From an uncultured Gemmatimonadales bacterium (GTDB lineage: Bacteria; Gemmatimonadota; Gemmatimonadetes; Longimicrobiales; RSA9), in the NCBI GenBank assembly GCA_963798085.1, contig CAWCRS010000001.1, forward strand, positions 1 through 64,000: a stretch of 64,000 bases of DNA, read 5' to 3'. Under the pieces are notes generated by a model. The model worked only from the letters and a program-made list of their open reading frames with translations, was not told the origin of the DNA and searched no databases. Positions within the stretch are counted from its first letter, which is position 1, and every line of letters begins with the position of its first letter. Below, in pieces: positions 50,696 through 60,371 of this stretch. Both the position numbers and the translations under genes were made by a program.

Positions 50696-51958
50696 TCAGG
50701 AGATACCGCCCACTTCGCCTGTGGTTTCCTGCGTCTGGCCACGGCCCACCAGCGCGGCCGCGGCCAGATCGCCCGTCACGTTCAGCACGGTGGCGAACAG
50801 ATCCGGAATCGCATCCACGGCGATGAGTATGCCGATGCCCTCCGCGGGCAGGCCGATCGCGAGGAACAGCGGCGTCAGCATGAGGAACGCGCCGCGCGGC
50901 ACACCGGGCGCCGCAAAGGCGAGGAACATCGACGCGAACGCCACCGTGGCCAGCTGCGTGAGATGCAAGCTGATGCCGTAGAACCAGCCGATGAAGAGCG
51001 CGCCGATCGTCCACGAGACCGGAGCCGCAATATGGAAGGTGGACACGGCGAGGGGCAGCACGAACCCGGTGATGCGCTCGGGCAGCTTCAGCTCGCGTTC
51101 GCCCGACTCGATGAGCGCCGGCAAGGAAGCGATCGATGAGCTGGAGCTGAAGGCAATGAGCTGGGGCGCCAGCGCGGCGCGCGCCCAGCGGCGCACCGGC
51201 ACGCGTGCGGCCAGTGCAACTGCCGGATACAGCAGCAGGATCACCACAATGCTCGCGACCGAGTAGATCAGAATGTAGATGCCCACCGCGCCGGCCAGGC
51301 CGGCGCCGCCGTGTGCGGCGAGGGGCAGCATCAGGCCGAACACGCCAATGGGTGCGAGCAGGATCACCCAGCGCACCAGCACGAGCATCGCTTCGGCCAG
51401 TGCGCGGAAGAAGCCGGCGAGTGTGTTGCGCGCGGACTCCGGGCTGCGCGCAATGGCGAGTGCCAGCAGCAGCGTGAACAGGATGAGCGGCAGCATGGCG
51501 CCGTTCGCGGCGGCCGCGACCGGGTTCGTAGGAATCAGCGAGGTCAGCCAGCTCGCGAATCCGGTGGGTTGCGTGTTCGCGGCGATTTCGCCGGCCGCCT
51601 CGAGCGCGCCCGCAGGCATGGGCGGCCGGCCCGCGAAATCAGGCAGCATGGCGAACACGGATATGGCGAGCGGCATGATGAACAGCGCGACGCCGCCGAG
51701 CAGCAGCACGAACATGAGCAGCGTTCTGCCGCCCATGCGGCCCACGGCGCGCAGGTCCGCCGCCGAGTTCACACCCGTGATCAGCAGTGACACCACGAGT
51801 GGAATCACGGTCATGCGGATGGCATTGACCCACAGTGTGCCGATGGGCATGAGTGTGTCGGCCGCGTGCAGCAGGCGGGGATTGCCGCTGGCGGCAATGG
51901 CGGCGCCGCCGGCGAGACCGGCGCTCAGCGCCAGCAGCACGCGCGTGCTTTCCTTCAT
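50696..51958 (-). CDS. dicarboxylate/amino acid:cation symporter (DAACS)
   Basis: AIRMTVIPLV, IPTNP, APIGVF, AFSSSSSIASLP, PGVP, DLFATVLNVTGD. Confidence 0.93.
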   Translation of the reverse strand: MKESTRVLLALSAGLAGGAAIAASGNPRLLHAADTLMPIGTLWVNAIRMTVIPLVVSLLITGVNSAADLRAVGRMGGRTLLMFVLLLGGVALFIMPLAISVFAMLPDFAGRPPMPAGALEAAGEIAANTQPTGFASWLTSLIPTNPVAAAANGAMLPLILFTLLLALAIARSPESARNTLAGFFRALAEAMLVLVRWVILLAPIGVFGLMLPLAAHGGAGLAGAVGIYILIYSVASIVVILLLYPAVALAARVPVRRWARAALAPQLIAFSSSSSIASLPALIESGERELKLPERITGFVLPLAVSTFHIAAPVSWTIGALFIGWFYGISLHLTQLATVAFASMFLAFAAPGVPRGAFLMLTPLFLAIGLPAEGIGILIAVDAIPDLFATVLNVTGDLAAAALVGRGQTQETTGEVGGIS

Positions 51959-51961
51959 GCG

Positions 51962-52708
51962 CTACATCATGAGGTCGCCGCCATTGATGTCGAAGCACGC
52001 ACCGGTGATGTAGCCCGCGGCTTCAGAGGCGGCGAAGCAGATGAGGTCCGCGACTTCCAGTGCCGTGCCCAGTCGCGGCACCGGATAACTCGCTGCTACC
52101 CGTTCCAGCACCTCGGCCGACGCGGACTCGCGTGTCAGCTCGGTGTCGATCATGCCCGGGCACACGGCGTTCACGGTGATGCCGTGGCGGCCCAGCTCTT
52201 TCGCGGCGGCGCGCGTCAGGCCCAGCAGCCCCGTCTTCGATGCGGTGTAGTGTGCGCCGCCCAGTGTGCTCACCATGCGGCCGGCGGTGGACGAGATGTT
52301 GATCACGCGGCCGTAGTTCTGCGACTTCATGACCGGCAGCGCCGCCCTCAGCAGAAGGAACGGCGCGGTCAGGTTGGTCTCCTGCGCCCGGCGCCATTCT
52401 TCCGCGCTGATCTGCTCGAAGCGCGTGGTCGGCGCAAACGCCGCGTTATTGACGAGGATATCCAGGCGGCCGAAGTGGTCCACGGTCCGGCGCACGAGGT
52501 CCGCGGGCACGCCTTGCGCGGTGATGTCGCCGGGCGCCGCGAGGGCGCGGTCACCCAGCGCTCGCGCGAGATCCTGTGCGCGCGCGTCGTCGCGTACATT
52601 GACGGCGACCGCAGCGCCACGCTCGAGCAGCCGTTCCGCGGCGGCGCGGCCCAGACCGCGCGCGGCGCCCGTGACCAGCGCGACGCGTCCCGCGAAATCC
52701 TGTGTCAT
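51962..52708 (-). CDS. SDR family oxidoreductase (FabG-like)
   Basis: TGAARGLG, LVNNA, YTASK (YxxxK), NAVCPG, INGG. Confidence 0.93.
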   Translation of the reverse strand: MTQDFAGRVALVTGAARGLGRAAAERLLERGAAVAVNVRDDARAQDLARALGDRALAAPGDITAQGVPADLVRRTVDHFGRLDILVNNAAFAPTTRFEQISAEEWRRAQETNLTAPFLLLRAALPVMKSQNYGRVINISSTAGRMVSTLGGAHYTASKTGLLGLTRAAAKELGRHGITVNAVCPGMIDTELTRESASAEVLERVAASYPVPRLGTALEVADLICFAASEAAGYITGACFDINGGDLMM

Positions 52709-52869
52709 GCGGCCGCGCTCACAGGCGGGCCGCAGGCGCGAAGCCCGGTCGCGCCCGTGCGCTGCACACTCAACTCTTCGAAGGTGCCCTGGCGCAGCGC
52801 CAGCAGCGGAGGCAACGCGAACACGATGGCTGCGATCAGAGCCGGGACCGCCGGTACCCTGTGGTTCAT
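52705..52869 (-). CDS. possible 54-aa small membrane protein or gene remnant
   Basis: MNHRVPAVPALIAAIVFALPPLLALRQG…AAA*; its TGA overlaps the SDR ATG (ATGA). Confidence 0.35.
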   Translation of the reverse strand: MNHRVPAVPALIAAIVFALPPLLALRQGTFEELSVQRTGATGLRACGPPVSAAA

Positions 52870-53102
52870 GAGCACTCACGGTGGTGGGCGTCGGCTGCTC
52901 AGGAGCGTTATTCATAGCCGCCATTCGCCGCCTGCGCCAGCACAGGCAACGCCCCGCGCGCTCTTTGCTGGGAGACGAGCCCTGCTGACCCGCCAGCCGC
53001 GCGACCACTGTCATGCTCGCGGGTTGACGCGCGCGCCCCGGCGCTGTTTCATCCCTGCGTGCCTCGCCCCTTCCACTCCAGTCGCGGGGAATGCGCCCAG
53101 AG

Positions 53103-55367
53103 ATGCCCGGCACCCGCTCAACGCTGCTGCTGTCGCTGGTTCTGCCGCTCGCACTGTGGGCGACGATGCGTGTTCATGTTGCGCGCGCGCACGACGCTCA
53201 GAGTGTGCCGCTGCGCGCCGGCATGGTGATCACTCAGTCGGTGCGCATCACGCCTGGCACGTATCGTATTCCCTCGCCGGTTTCGCTGGACAGTCCCGTC
53301 ATCGTCATTCGAGGCGACGACATCACCGTCGACTTCGCGGGCGCCGTGCTGGAGGGCATCGCTCCCGCGGCGGAACCGGACCTGGCGCGCGGCCTCGCCA
53401 TCCGCATCGACGGTGGTCGCAACATCAGCGTACGCAACGCACGTGTTCGCGGCTACAGGATCGGTCTGCTGGCGCGCGGCACGCGCGGTCTCACGCTCGA
53501 AGCGAATGACCTGAGCTACAACTGGAAGCCGCGGCTGTTCAGCCTGATCGAGCACGAGAGCCTGGCGGACTGGCTCTCGCACCATCACAACGAGAACGAT
53601 GAGTGGCTGCGCTTCGGCGCGGGCGCGTACCTCGCGGATGTGCGCGGCGGCGAGATCCGCGGCAACCGCATCGAGCAGGGCATGGAAGGCCTCATGCTGG
53701 TGCGCTGTGACAGCCTGCTCATCTGGAACAACACCATCGAGTTCAACTCCGGCGTGGGCATTGGCCTTTATCGCTCGAGCTACAATCGCATCCTGCACAA
53801 TCACGCGAGCTACAATGTGCGCGGCTACAGTGAGGGCTTCTACCGCCGCGGGCAGGACTCGGCCGACCTGCTGCTGTACGAACAGAGCTCGAACAACATC
53901 GTCGCCTTCAATTCCATGACGCACGGCGGTGATGGCCTTTTCCTGTGGGCCGGCCAGTCCACAATGGACACGGGCCAGGGCGGCGCCAACGACAATCTGT
54001 TCTACGCGAACGATTTCAGCCGGGCGCCCACGAATGCCATGGAAGCGACGTTCAGCCGCAACCGCTTCCTTGGCAACCGGGCGCGGGGCTCCGAGTACGG
54101 GCTCTGGGGCGGCTACAGCTACGACTCGGAGGTCAGCGGGAACGACTTCGCGGACAATCGCACGGGCATTGCCATCGAGCACGGCCAGAACAACCGCATC
54201 ACGGGCAACCGCTTCCTGGGCGATTCCGTGGCCGTGAATCTCTGGGCCAACGCCATCGAGCCTTCCGACTGGGGCTATCCGAAGCAGCGGGACACGCGCA
54301 GCCGCGACTACCATATTGATAACAATGTGTTCGCCGGCAACCGCGTGGCGCTGCGGCTGGCGGACACGCGCACGGCATCCTTCACGGGCAACCGTCTGGT
54401 CGGGGTGGACTCGGTGCTGGCGAGGCAGGACACGTCGGAGCTGCGCATGGCGGGCAATGACACGAGCGGACTGCGCTCGGCGCGTGCGGGCCAGGGCTGG
54501 CCGCCGCCGCTGCCCTCGCCGCTGGCTGGCGCGGAGGCACTCCCGCAGCCGCTGGCCGGCGGCCTGGCGCTGACGGGAGACTCGCTGGCAGGTCGCGACC
54601 GCTCGGCCATCATCGTCGACGACTGGGGGCCATACGACTGGCGCTCGCCCAGGCTGTGGCCGGCCGGCAGTGCACAGGCAGCGCCGCTGCCGCTGCGCGT
54701 GCTCGGCCCGCCAGGCGAATGGCGAATCGTGTCGCAACACGGTGTCAGGACGCTTTCGCGGCAGCGCGGTCGCATGAACGACACGCTGCTGGTGACGCCC
54801 GCGCCGGACGCGACCGGCGACTGGGCCATTACGCTCGAGTACCGTGGCGGTGCGACGATTTCGCCGCGCGGCGAACGGCGGGTCGCGGGTGTCGCCTACC
54901 GTTTTTCGTGGGAGCATTTCCAGCCGGTCGATCACTGGCAGGTCGCGTTCTTCGCGTGGGACGACCACGCCGACCCGCGCAGCAGCGCGGACGCGTTCGC
55001 CGCCCTGCTGCGGGGAACGCCGCTGCTCACCCGCCGGGAGGCTCGTCTGGACTACCTGTGGTTCCGCCCCTCGATCGCGGGACTGCCGCAGGCGAAGTTC
55101 GCCGCGGTGGCCACCACCACGGTCAACCTGGCGCCCGGTATGTACACGCTGCGCGCCATCAGTGATGATGGCGTGCGCGTCCTGGTGGATGGCCGCGTGG
55201 CGATCGACAACTGGCGGCCGCACGAGTCGCTGGTCGATAACGCAACCTTATCCGCGGGCCGCCACACCCTGCGCGTCGAGTACTACCAGGTGGATGGCTG
55301 GGTCGAGTTGCGCGTCGAGATCCTGCGCGGCCGCCAGTCCTCGACCGGCTCGCCGGGCCCGCACTGA
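53103..55367 (+). CDS. secreted right-handed beta-helix (NosD-like) protein with C-terminal PA14 domain
   Basis: Signal peptide, repeated N-I-x-x-N…GI motifs, PA14 SDDGVRVLVDG…GRHTLRVEYYQ. Confidence 0.85.
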   Translation: MPGTRSTLLLSLVLPLALWATMRVHVARAHDAQSVPLRAGMVITQSVRITPGTYRIPSPVSLDSPVIVIRGDDITVDFAGAVLEGIAPAAEPDLARGLAIRIDGGRNISVRNARVRGYRIGLLARGTRGLTLEANDLSYNWKPRLFSLIEHESLADWLSHHHNENDEWLRFGAGAYLADVRGGEIRGNRIEQGMEGLMLVRCDSLLIWNNTIEFNSGVGIGLYRSSYNRILHNHASYNVRGYSEGFYRRGQDSADLLLYEQSSNNIVAFNSMTHGGDGLFLWAGQSTMDTGQGGANDNLFYANDFSRAPTNAMEATFSRNRFLGNRARGSEYGLWGGYSYDSEVSGNDFADNRTGIAIEHGQNNRITGNRFLGDSVAVNLWANAIEPSDWGYPKQRDTRSRDYHIDNNVFAGNRVALRLADTRTASFTGNRLVGVDSVLARQDTSELRMAGNDTSGLRSARAGQGWPPPLPSPLAGAEALPQPLAGGLALTGDSLAGRDRSAIIVDDWGPYDWRSPRLWPAGSAQAAPLPLRVLGPPGEWRIVSQHGVRTLSRQRGRMNDTLLVTPAPDATGDWAITLEYRGGATISPRGERRVAGVAYRFSWEHFQPVDHWQVAFFAWDDHADPRSSADAFAALLRGTPLLTRREARLDYLWFRPSIAGLPQAKFAAVATTTVNLAPGMYTLRAISDDGVRVLVDGRVAIDNWRPHESLVDNATLSAGRHTLRVEYYQVDGWVELRVEILRGRQSSTGSPGPH

Positions 55368-55476
55368 CCCGGGCCAGCCACGCGCGCGTCGGCGTCCGTG
55401 TGATCCTGCCTTCCCACGGTCCGCTGGTGTATTGTCCGCCGCGAGCACGAGCGGAGCCTGCCGACCCTCATTGCGG

Positions 55477-55520
55477 AGTGACAATGGTCACTGCGCCGGG
55501 CGCCGGCATCCGGCTATAGT
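55477..55520 (+). promoter_or_regulatory. CRP/FNR-type site AGTGA-N6-TCACT with -10 TATAGT (class II geometry)
   Basis: Palindrome centred at 55484.5; TATAGT at 55515-55520 places the centre near -42.5. Confidence 0.55.
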
Positions 55521-55594
55521 GAAGAGGCGGTGTGGCATGGGCCGGACCGCGCCCGTGCTCCGAGGCGGGGCAGACGGTCACCAGCGGAGGCAAC

Positions 55595-56548
55595 ATGCGG
55601 CGGCACCTCATTTCCATTCTCGTGAGCACGCTCCTGGGTTCACTCGCGACGCTGACCACGGTGCGCGCGCAGGACACCGGTCACATGGCGGGCATGGGCA
55701 TGGCCCACGATTCCGCGGGCGGGCAGATGGCCGTGATCCACCAGCTGGTCATGAATCACGAGAAGATCCGGCGTACGGTCACGAACCTGGACGACGGTGT
55801 GCGCGCAGTGACGGAGTCGGACGATCCGGCCATGGTCGCGCTCATTCGGCAGCACGTGGGCGGCATGCAGCTCAGCCTTGCGCACGGCCATGACCCGCAG
55901 CTCCCCATGGAGAGCGCGACCACACACGCGATCTTCGACGGCGCGGGCAAGGTCCGGACGCGGGTCGACAGCACCGCGCTGGGCGTGGTCGTGGTGCAGA
56001 CGTCTACCGACCCGGCCATCGTCAAGCTGCTGCAGGAGCATGCTGCGGAAGTGAGCGATCTGGTGAAGCGCGGCATGGCCGCCATGCACGACGGCATGAT
56101 GGGCGGGATGATGGGTGGAATGATGCACGCGGACTCTGACACCGCGTTCGCCTCGATGCAGATGCGCGGCAGGGCCGCCATGGGCGTGGACCAGTACACG
56201 TCGACGCACCGGTTCGACGCACTGCCCGATGGCGGGCGCATCGAGCTGCAGCGTGATGTCGACGATGCGGCCGGCGTGGCGCAGATCCGGGAGCACCTGC
56301 AGGGCATCGCGCAGGCGTTCCGTTCCGGCGACTTCAGCACACCCGCCTTCGTGCACATGCAGCAGGTCCCGGGCGCCGCTGTAATGGCCGCCAAACGCGC
56401 GCTTATCACGTACACCTACCACGACCTGCCGCGCGGCGGCGAGCTGCGCATGGCGACCCGTGATTCCGCGGCACTGGAAGCGATTCATGCGTTCATGGCG
56501 TTCCAGCGCGGGGAGCATCACGCGAGCGGCAAGGACAGCGGGAAGTAG
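55595..56548 (+). CDS. secreted Met/His-rich hypothetical protein with internal repeats
   Basis: Signal peptide; HMAGMGMAH and MHDGMMGGMMGGMMH tracts; four GxxxxxxxxD…xxH repeats; RBS GGAGG. Confidence 0.82.
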   Translation: MRRHLISILVSTLLGSLATLTTVRAQDTGHMAGMGMAHDSAGGQMAVIHQLVMNHEKIRRTVTNLDDGVRAVTESDDPAMVALIRQHVGGMQLSLAHGHDPQLPMESATTHAIFDGAGKVRTRVDSTALGVVVVQTSTDPAIVKLLQEHAAEVSDLVKRGMAAMHDGMMGGMMGGMMHADSDTAFASMQMRGRAAMGVDQYTSTHRFDALPDGGRIELQRDVDDAAGVAQIREHLQGIAQAFRSGDFSTPAFVHMQQVPGAAVMAAKRALITYTYHDLPRGGELRMATRDSAALEAIHAFMAFQRGEHHASGKDSGK

Positions 56549-56998
56549 CTATGCCGGTGAGTCGGCTGGCGGCGTCAGGTCTGCCTGCACCCTGAGCAGT
56601 GCGCGCGCAATGCCGTCGCGCACCATCTCGCCGTACGGGCCTGCGGGCAGATACGCGCAGCTCGCCTGCGCCCGCTCGTAGTAGCGCCTCGCCTCGAGCG
56701 GCTCGCCGCAGTGCTCGAAGGAAGCGCCCGCGTTCAGGTACAACGATGGGTAGAAACCGCGCACGCGTTCGTCGCCCACCGCATCCGCGTGCTGCAGCGC
56801 CAGCAGATTCCACTGCATTGTCTGCTCGACGCTGTCCTGGTGGCGGGCCAGGTAGTGTGCGGCGATGCATGCCTCGAAGTCATCGCTGCGGCTTTGCCAC
56901 GCCTGCTCGAACAGGGCGCGCGCGGCGTCGTTGCGGCCCTCGCCCTCTGCCTGCATGCCTTCCGCGCACAGCTTCACGACCGCATTGTCAGGGTCCAT
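56549..56998 (-). CDS. stand-alone TPR-like helical protein
   Basis: MDPDNAVVKLCAEGM…LFEQAW…IAAHYLARHQ…YPSLYLN. Confidence 0.8.
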   Translation of the reverse strand: MDPDNAVVKLCAEGMQAEGEGRNDAARALFEQAWQSRSDDFEACIAAHYLARHQDSVEQTMQWNLLALQHADAVGDERVRGFYPSLYLNAGASFEHCGEPLEARRYYERAQASCAYLPAGPYGEMVRDGIARALLRVQADLTPPADSPA

Positions 56999-57035
56999 GC
57001 TTCCAAGCTTAACCTCGCCGCGCTGCCGGGGCCAT

Positions 57036-57065
57036 TGAACTTTGCCGGCGCGCGGCGCGTCACTA
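57036..57065 (+). promoter_or_regulatory. ECF-type promoter TGAAC-N17-CGTC
   Basis: AAC…CGT pattern about 55 bp upstream of the second ECF gene. Confidence 0.55.
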
Positions 57066-57116
57066 CAGCGTGTCCGGTACCGGGTCCTGCGTGGAACTGC
57101 TCGCCATGGCAACACA

Positions 57117-57662
57117 GTGACGGTGGACAACCTGCGTCTGCACCTGACGGTGCTGCGCTGTCAGGCGGGGGACGAAGCCGCGTTCGCCCTGCTTTTCGAG
57201 TGGTTCGGCGCGCGGACGCACGGTTACCTGCGCGGCCTGGTGGGTGAGGAAGCGGCCGAGGACGTCCAGCAGGAAGTCTGGCTGTCGGTGTTCCGCGGCA
57301 TTCGCGGGCTCAGCAATCCGCAGGGATTCCGCACGTGGCTCTTCCAGACCACGCGGCATCGCGCCATCGATTTCCTGCGCCGCGTGCGGCGTCATCGCGA
57401 GCTGCTGGACAGCGCGACCACGGAGCTGGCGGACCGCAGCGATGAAGGCGACGAACCGCTCACGGACATGGACAGCAGCGTCGTCGAGCAGGCCCTCACC
57501 GCACTGCCGGCGCCGCAGCGGGAAGTGCTGCTGCTGCGCTATCGCGATGACCTGAGCTATGCGGAGATCGCGCTGGTGGTGGGCTGCTCCATTGGCACGG
57601 TCCGCTCCCGGCTGCACCACGCCAAACGCCGGCTGCAGGGAATCCTGAAACAGCAGAGTTAG
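57117..57662 (+). CDS. ECF RNA polymerase sigma factor
   Basis: RCQAGDEAAF, AEDVQQEVW, FRTWLF, LSYAEIA…GTVRSRLHHAK. Confidence 0.93.
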   Translation: MTVDNLRLHLTVLRCQAGDEAAFALLFEWFGARTHGYLRGLVGEEAAEDVQQEVWLSVFRGIRGLSNPQGFRTWLFQTTRHRAIDFLRRVRRHRELLDSATTELADRSDEGDEPLTDMDSSVVEQALTALPAPQREVLLLRYRDDLSYAEIALVVGCSIGTVRSRLHHAKRRLQGILKQQS

Positions 57663-57700
57663 CGGCAGCAGGCGAGCGTCAATTCACTGTGGAGGCAGAC

Positions 57701-58078
57701 ATGACAGGTTCGCGAAGCGACGAATTGTGGAACGTAGTGCGCAAGGAGAAGCGGGTGGATCGCATCATACGGTGGGTCAGTGTCACCGCCTGGGTCAGTA
57801 CCTTCGCCGTGCTGCTGGTCTACGCATCCGTGATCTTCTCGCAGGTGGCGTGGACGAAGAAGCTGGTAGCGCTGGGCACGGCGCCGCAGGGCGCCGTGTG
57901 GCAGACGGCCATGCCGCTGGTGATCGTGGTCGGTCTGTTCTGCGTGCTCGTCGCGACGCTGAGCACGATCGGCGTTTTCCTGCGCTTCCGCACGGCGAGT
58001 CTGGCCGAGATCCAGCTGCGGCTGGCCGCGCTGGAGGCCATGCTCGCCGGGCGAGGCGATGCCGCGAATGGCGAGTGA
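57701..58078 (+). CDS. two-TM membrane protein, candidate anti-sigma factor
   Basis: Two hydrophobic segments and a C-terminal ASLAEIQLRLAALE coil; RBS GGAGG; directly follows the ECF gene. Confidence 0.75.
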   Translation: MTGSRSDELWNVVRKEKRVDRIIRWVSVTAWVSTFAVLLVYASVIFSQVAWTKKLVALGTAPQGAVWQTAMPLVIVVGLFCVLVATLSTIGVFLRFRTASLAEIQLRLAALEAMLAGRGDAANGE

Positions 58079-58079
58079 A

Positions 58080-59327
58080 TCAGTGCTTCTGCAGTGCGTA
58101 GCGGCGCACGGTCTCCACATCCAGCGCGTTACGGAACACGCCCAGCACGTAGTCGGCGCCGATCTCGTGCGGCTGGAACGTGGCCGGAAATGAGACGACG
58201 CCGAGCCATTGGCCGCCCGCATCGAACACGGTCCATGTGTTCGTCGTGTCCACCGCCGTGCGATAGTCCTGGGCCCCGAGGTCATTATCGGAGTCGATGA
58301 TCCAGGCATTGCCGAAGGCGGGCAGCGTTTTCAGGCGAGGCCGCTCTGTGTAGTCCTTCTGGATGGCGGCCTTGCGCTCCGGTGTGGTGGCCGCGGCCAG
58401 TTCGGCCTCCTGCAGGCGGTTCACCAGGGCGTCCGTCACCGGCCGTGGCTCGAAGCGACGGCGCATGCTGCGCAGCTCGCGGCCGTGCACGTCGTACTCG
58501 TCGACCGCATAGCTGTCGCCCATGCCGCGCAGGAACGCGAGGCCGTGCGCCATGATAACGGCGAGTTTGGCGAACCGCGGTGCGCCGATGGCACCGTTCG
58601 CCAGCGTCACAAAGTCCGATTCCGGGAAGTGGCCGAGCGTATCCAGCACGGTGCCATCGGCCTGGCCGCGCAGGGCCAGCGTGAGCGAGCGGCCCTCGCC
58701 CTGCGCGTTCTCGATGAACTGATTGCGTCGCATGTAGAACGTGCCATCCGCGAAGCGAGCCCACGCGATCCAGGCCACGCCGCGCGAACCCTTCTGCTCG
58801 AACGTCACCATGTTCAACGGCTTGCCGTCCGCATCGAACGTGGTGATGCGGGAATTGGACGGGTCGAACACGATCAGGCTGTCGGGTGGTGCCAGCCACA
58901 CATCCCAGATGGCGCGATACTCGCCCGGGCCCGCGCCGCTGTGGCCAATGCTGTGCTGGAAAGCACCAGACTTGTCGAACACGCGGATCTCGGCGGGCCG
59001 GTTCGCGTTCACCACGACAATGCGGCCATCGCCCAGCGTGTAGAGGCGACGAATCGTCGTGAACTCTTCCGCGGGTGACTTCGGGTCCTCACCGATCGTC
59101 AGCGTCGGGGTCGCGGCGATGCGCCAGCCCTGCCCGGCCCGCCATACCGGCGCGCGGCTCGTGATGATGCGCACACCCGCACTGTCCGTGATCAATGCGG
59201 TGCCCTGCGCCCGTGCGCCGGACGCGAGCACGGCGAGCGGAAGCAGCAGCGTCGCATACCATGCGGAACAGGGCGCCAGCGCAAGCCCGCGCCGGTCCGG
59301 GTGCACGGACGACTGCCGCGCGCTCAC
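58080..59327 (-). CDS. six-bladed beta-propeller secreted protein
   Basis: DSAGVRII, PTLTIG, GHSGAGPGEY, WTVFDAGGQWLG, IGADYVLGV…LDVETVRRY; GTGA overlap with the pit stop. Confidence 0.82.
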   Translation of the reverse strand: MSARQSSVHPDRRGLALAPCSAWYATLLLPLAVLASGARAQGTALITDSAGVRIITSRAPVWRAGQGWRIAATPTLTIGEDPKSPAEEFTTIRRLYTLGDGRIVVVNANRPAEIRVFDKSGAFQHSIGHSGAGPGEYRAIWDVWLAPPDSLIVFDPSNSRITTFDADGKPLNMVTFEQKGSRGVAWIAWARFADGTFYMRRNQFIENAQGEGRSLTLALRGQADGTVLDTLGHFPESDFVTLANGAIGAPRFAKLAVIMAHGLAFLRGMGDSYAVDEYDVHGRELRSMRRRFEPRPVTDALVNRLQEAELAAATTPERKAAIQKDYTERPRLKTLPAFGNAWIIDSDNDLGAQDYRTAVDTTNTWTVFDAGGQWLGVVSFPATFQPHEIGADYVLGVFRNALDVETVRRYALQKH

Positions 59328-60358
59328 GGACTCACGAGTCGGGCGAGCAGGAAGTAGAAGCCCGCGGCCAGCAGGGATGCTGCGGGAATGGTGAGCAGCC
59401 ATGCCCATACGATGCGTGCGGCAATGCCCCAGCGCACCGCGGACAAACGCTGTGTTGCGCCCACGCCGACGATGGAGCCGGTAATGGTGTGGGTGGTGCT
59501 CACGGGAATGCCGAACCGAGTGGCGAGCAGGATGCTGAGGGCGCCGCCGGTTTCGGCGCAGAAGCCGTTCACGGGACGCAGCTTCGTGATGCGCGTGCCC
59601 ATGGTGTGCACGATGCGCCAGCCGCCGAACAGGGTGCCCAGCGAAATCGCGCTGTACGCACACAGCTCGACCCAGAGCGGGATGTGGTTGGTGGCCGTCA
59701 CGTGCATGAATGACAGCCAGCCGGTCTCCCCGGCGAACACCGTCTGGCTGGCCGCCAGCAGCCCGACGATGATGCCCATGGTCTTCTGCGCGTCATTGGC
59801 GCCGTGGGAGAGCGAGAAGAATGCCGAGCTGGCCAGCTGCGCCACGCGGAACGTGCGATCGACCCGGCCCGGCGGCACGCGGTGGAAAGCCCAGTACGTC
59901 GCCACCATCAGCGTGTAGCCCAGAATCAGGCCGATGAGGGGCGAGAGCACGATGAAGACCAGCGTCTTGGTCCAGCCCGCGGGAATGATGGCGGCCGGGC
60001 CGATCTTCGCAATGGCTGCTCCCGCGTAGCCGCCCAGCAGTGCATGCGACGAGCTGGAGGGCAGGCCGAAATACCATGTTATCAGGTTCCAGGCGATCGC
60101 GCCCAGCAGGCCGCCCAGAATGACGGAGGGCGTGACCGCGGCGGCATCGATCATGCCGCCGCCCACGGTTTGCGCCACAGCCGTGCCCACCGTGAACGCG
60201 GCCGCGAAATTGAAGAGCGCGGCCCAGCCTACCGCCGCAATCGGTGAGAGCACACGCGTGCCCACCACCGTGGCGATGGAGTTGGCCGAATCGTGAAACC
60301 CGTTGATGAAATCGAAAATGAAGGCGATGAGTACGATCAGGACAATGTAGTTGATCAC
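59324..60358 (-). CDS. pit: PiT-family inorganic phosphate transporter
   Basis: FDFINGFHDSANSIAT, GLPSSSSHAL, HGANDAQK, GIPVSTTH. Confidence 0.96.
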   Translation of the reverse strand: MINYIVLIVLIAFIFDFINGFHDSANSIATVVGTRVLSPIAAVGWAALFNFAAAFTVGTAVAQTVGGGMIDAAAVTPSVILGGLLGAIAWNLITWYFGLPSSSSHALLGGYAGAAIAKIGPAAIIPAGWTKTLVFIVLSPLIGLILGYTLMVATYWAFHRVPPGRVDRTFRVAQLASSAFFSLSHGANDAQKTMGIIVGLLAASQTVFAGETGWLSFMHVTATNHIPLWVELCAYSAISLGTLFGGWRIVHTMGTRITKLRPVNGFCAETGGALSILLATRFGIPVSTTHTITGSIVGVGATQRLSAVRWGIAARIVWAWLLTIPAASLLAAGFYFLLARLVSP

Positions 60359-60371
60359 GTGGCGCGCGTGG

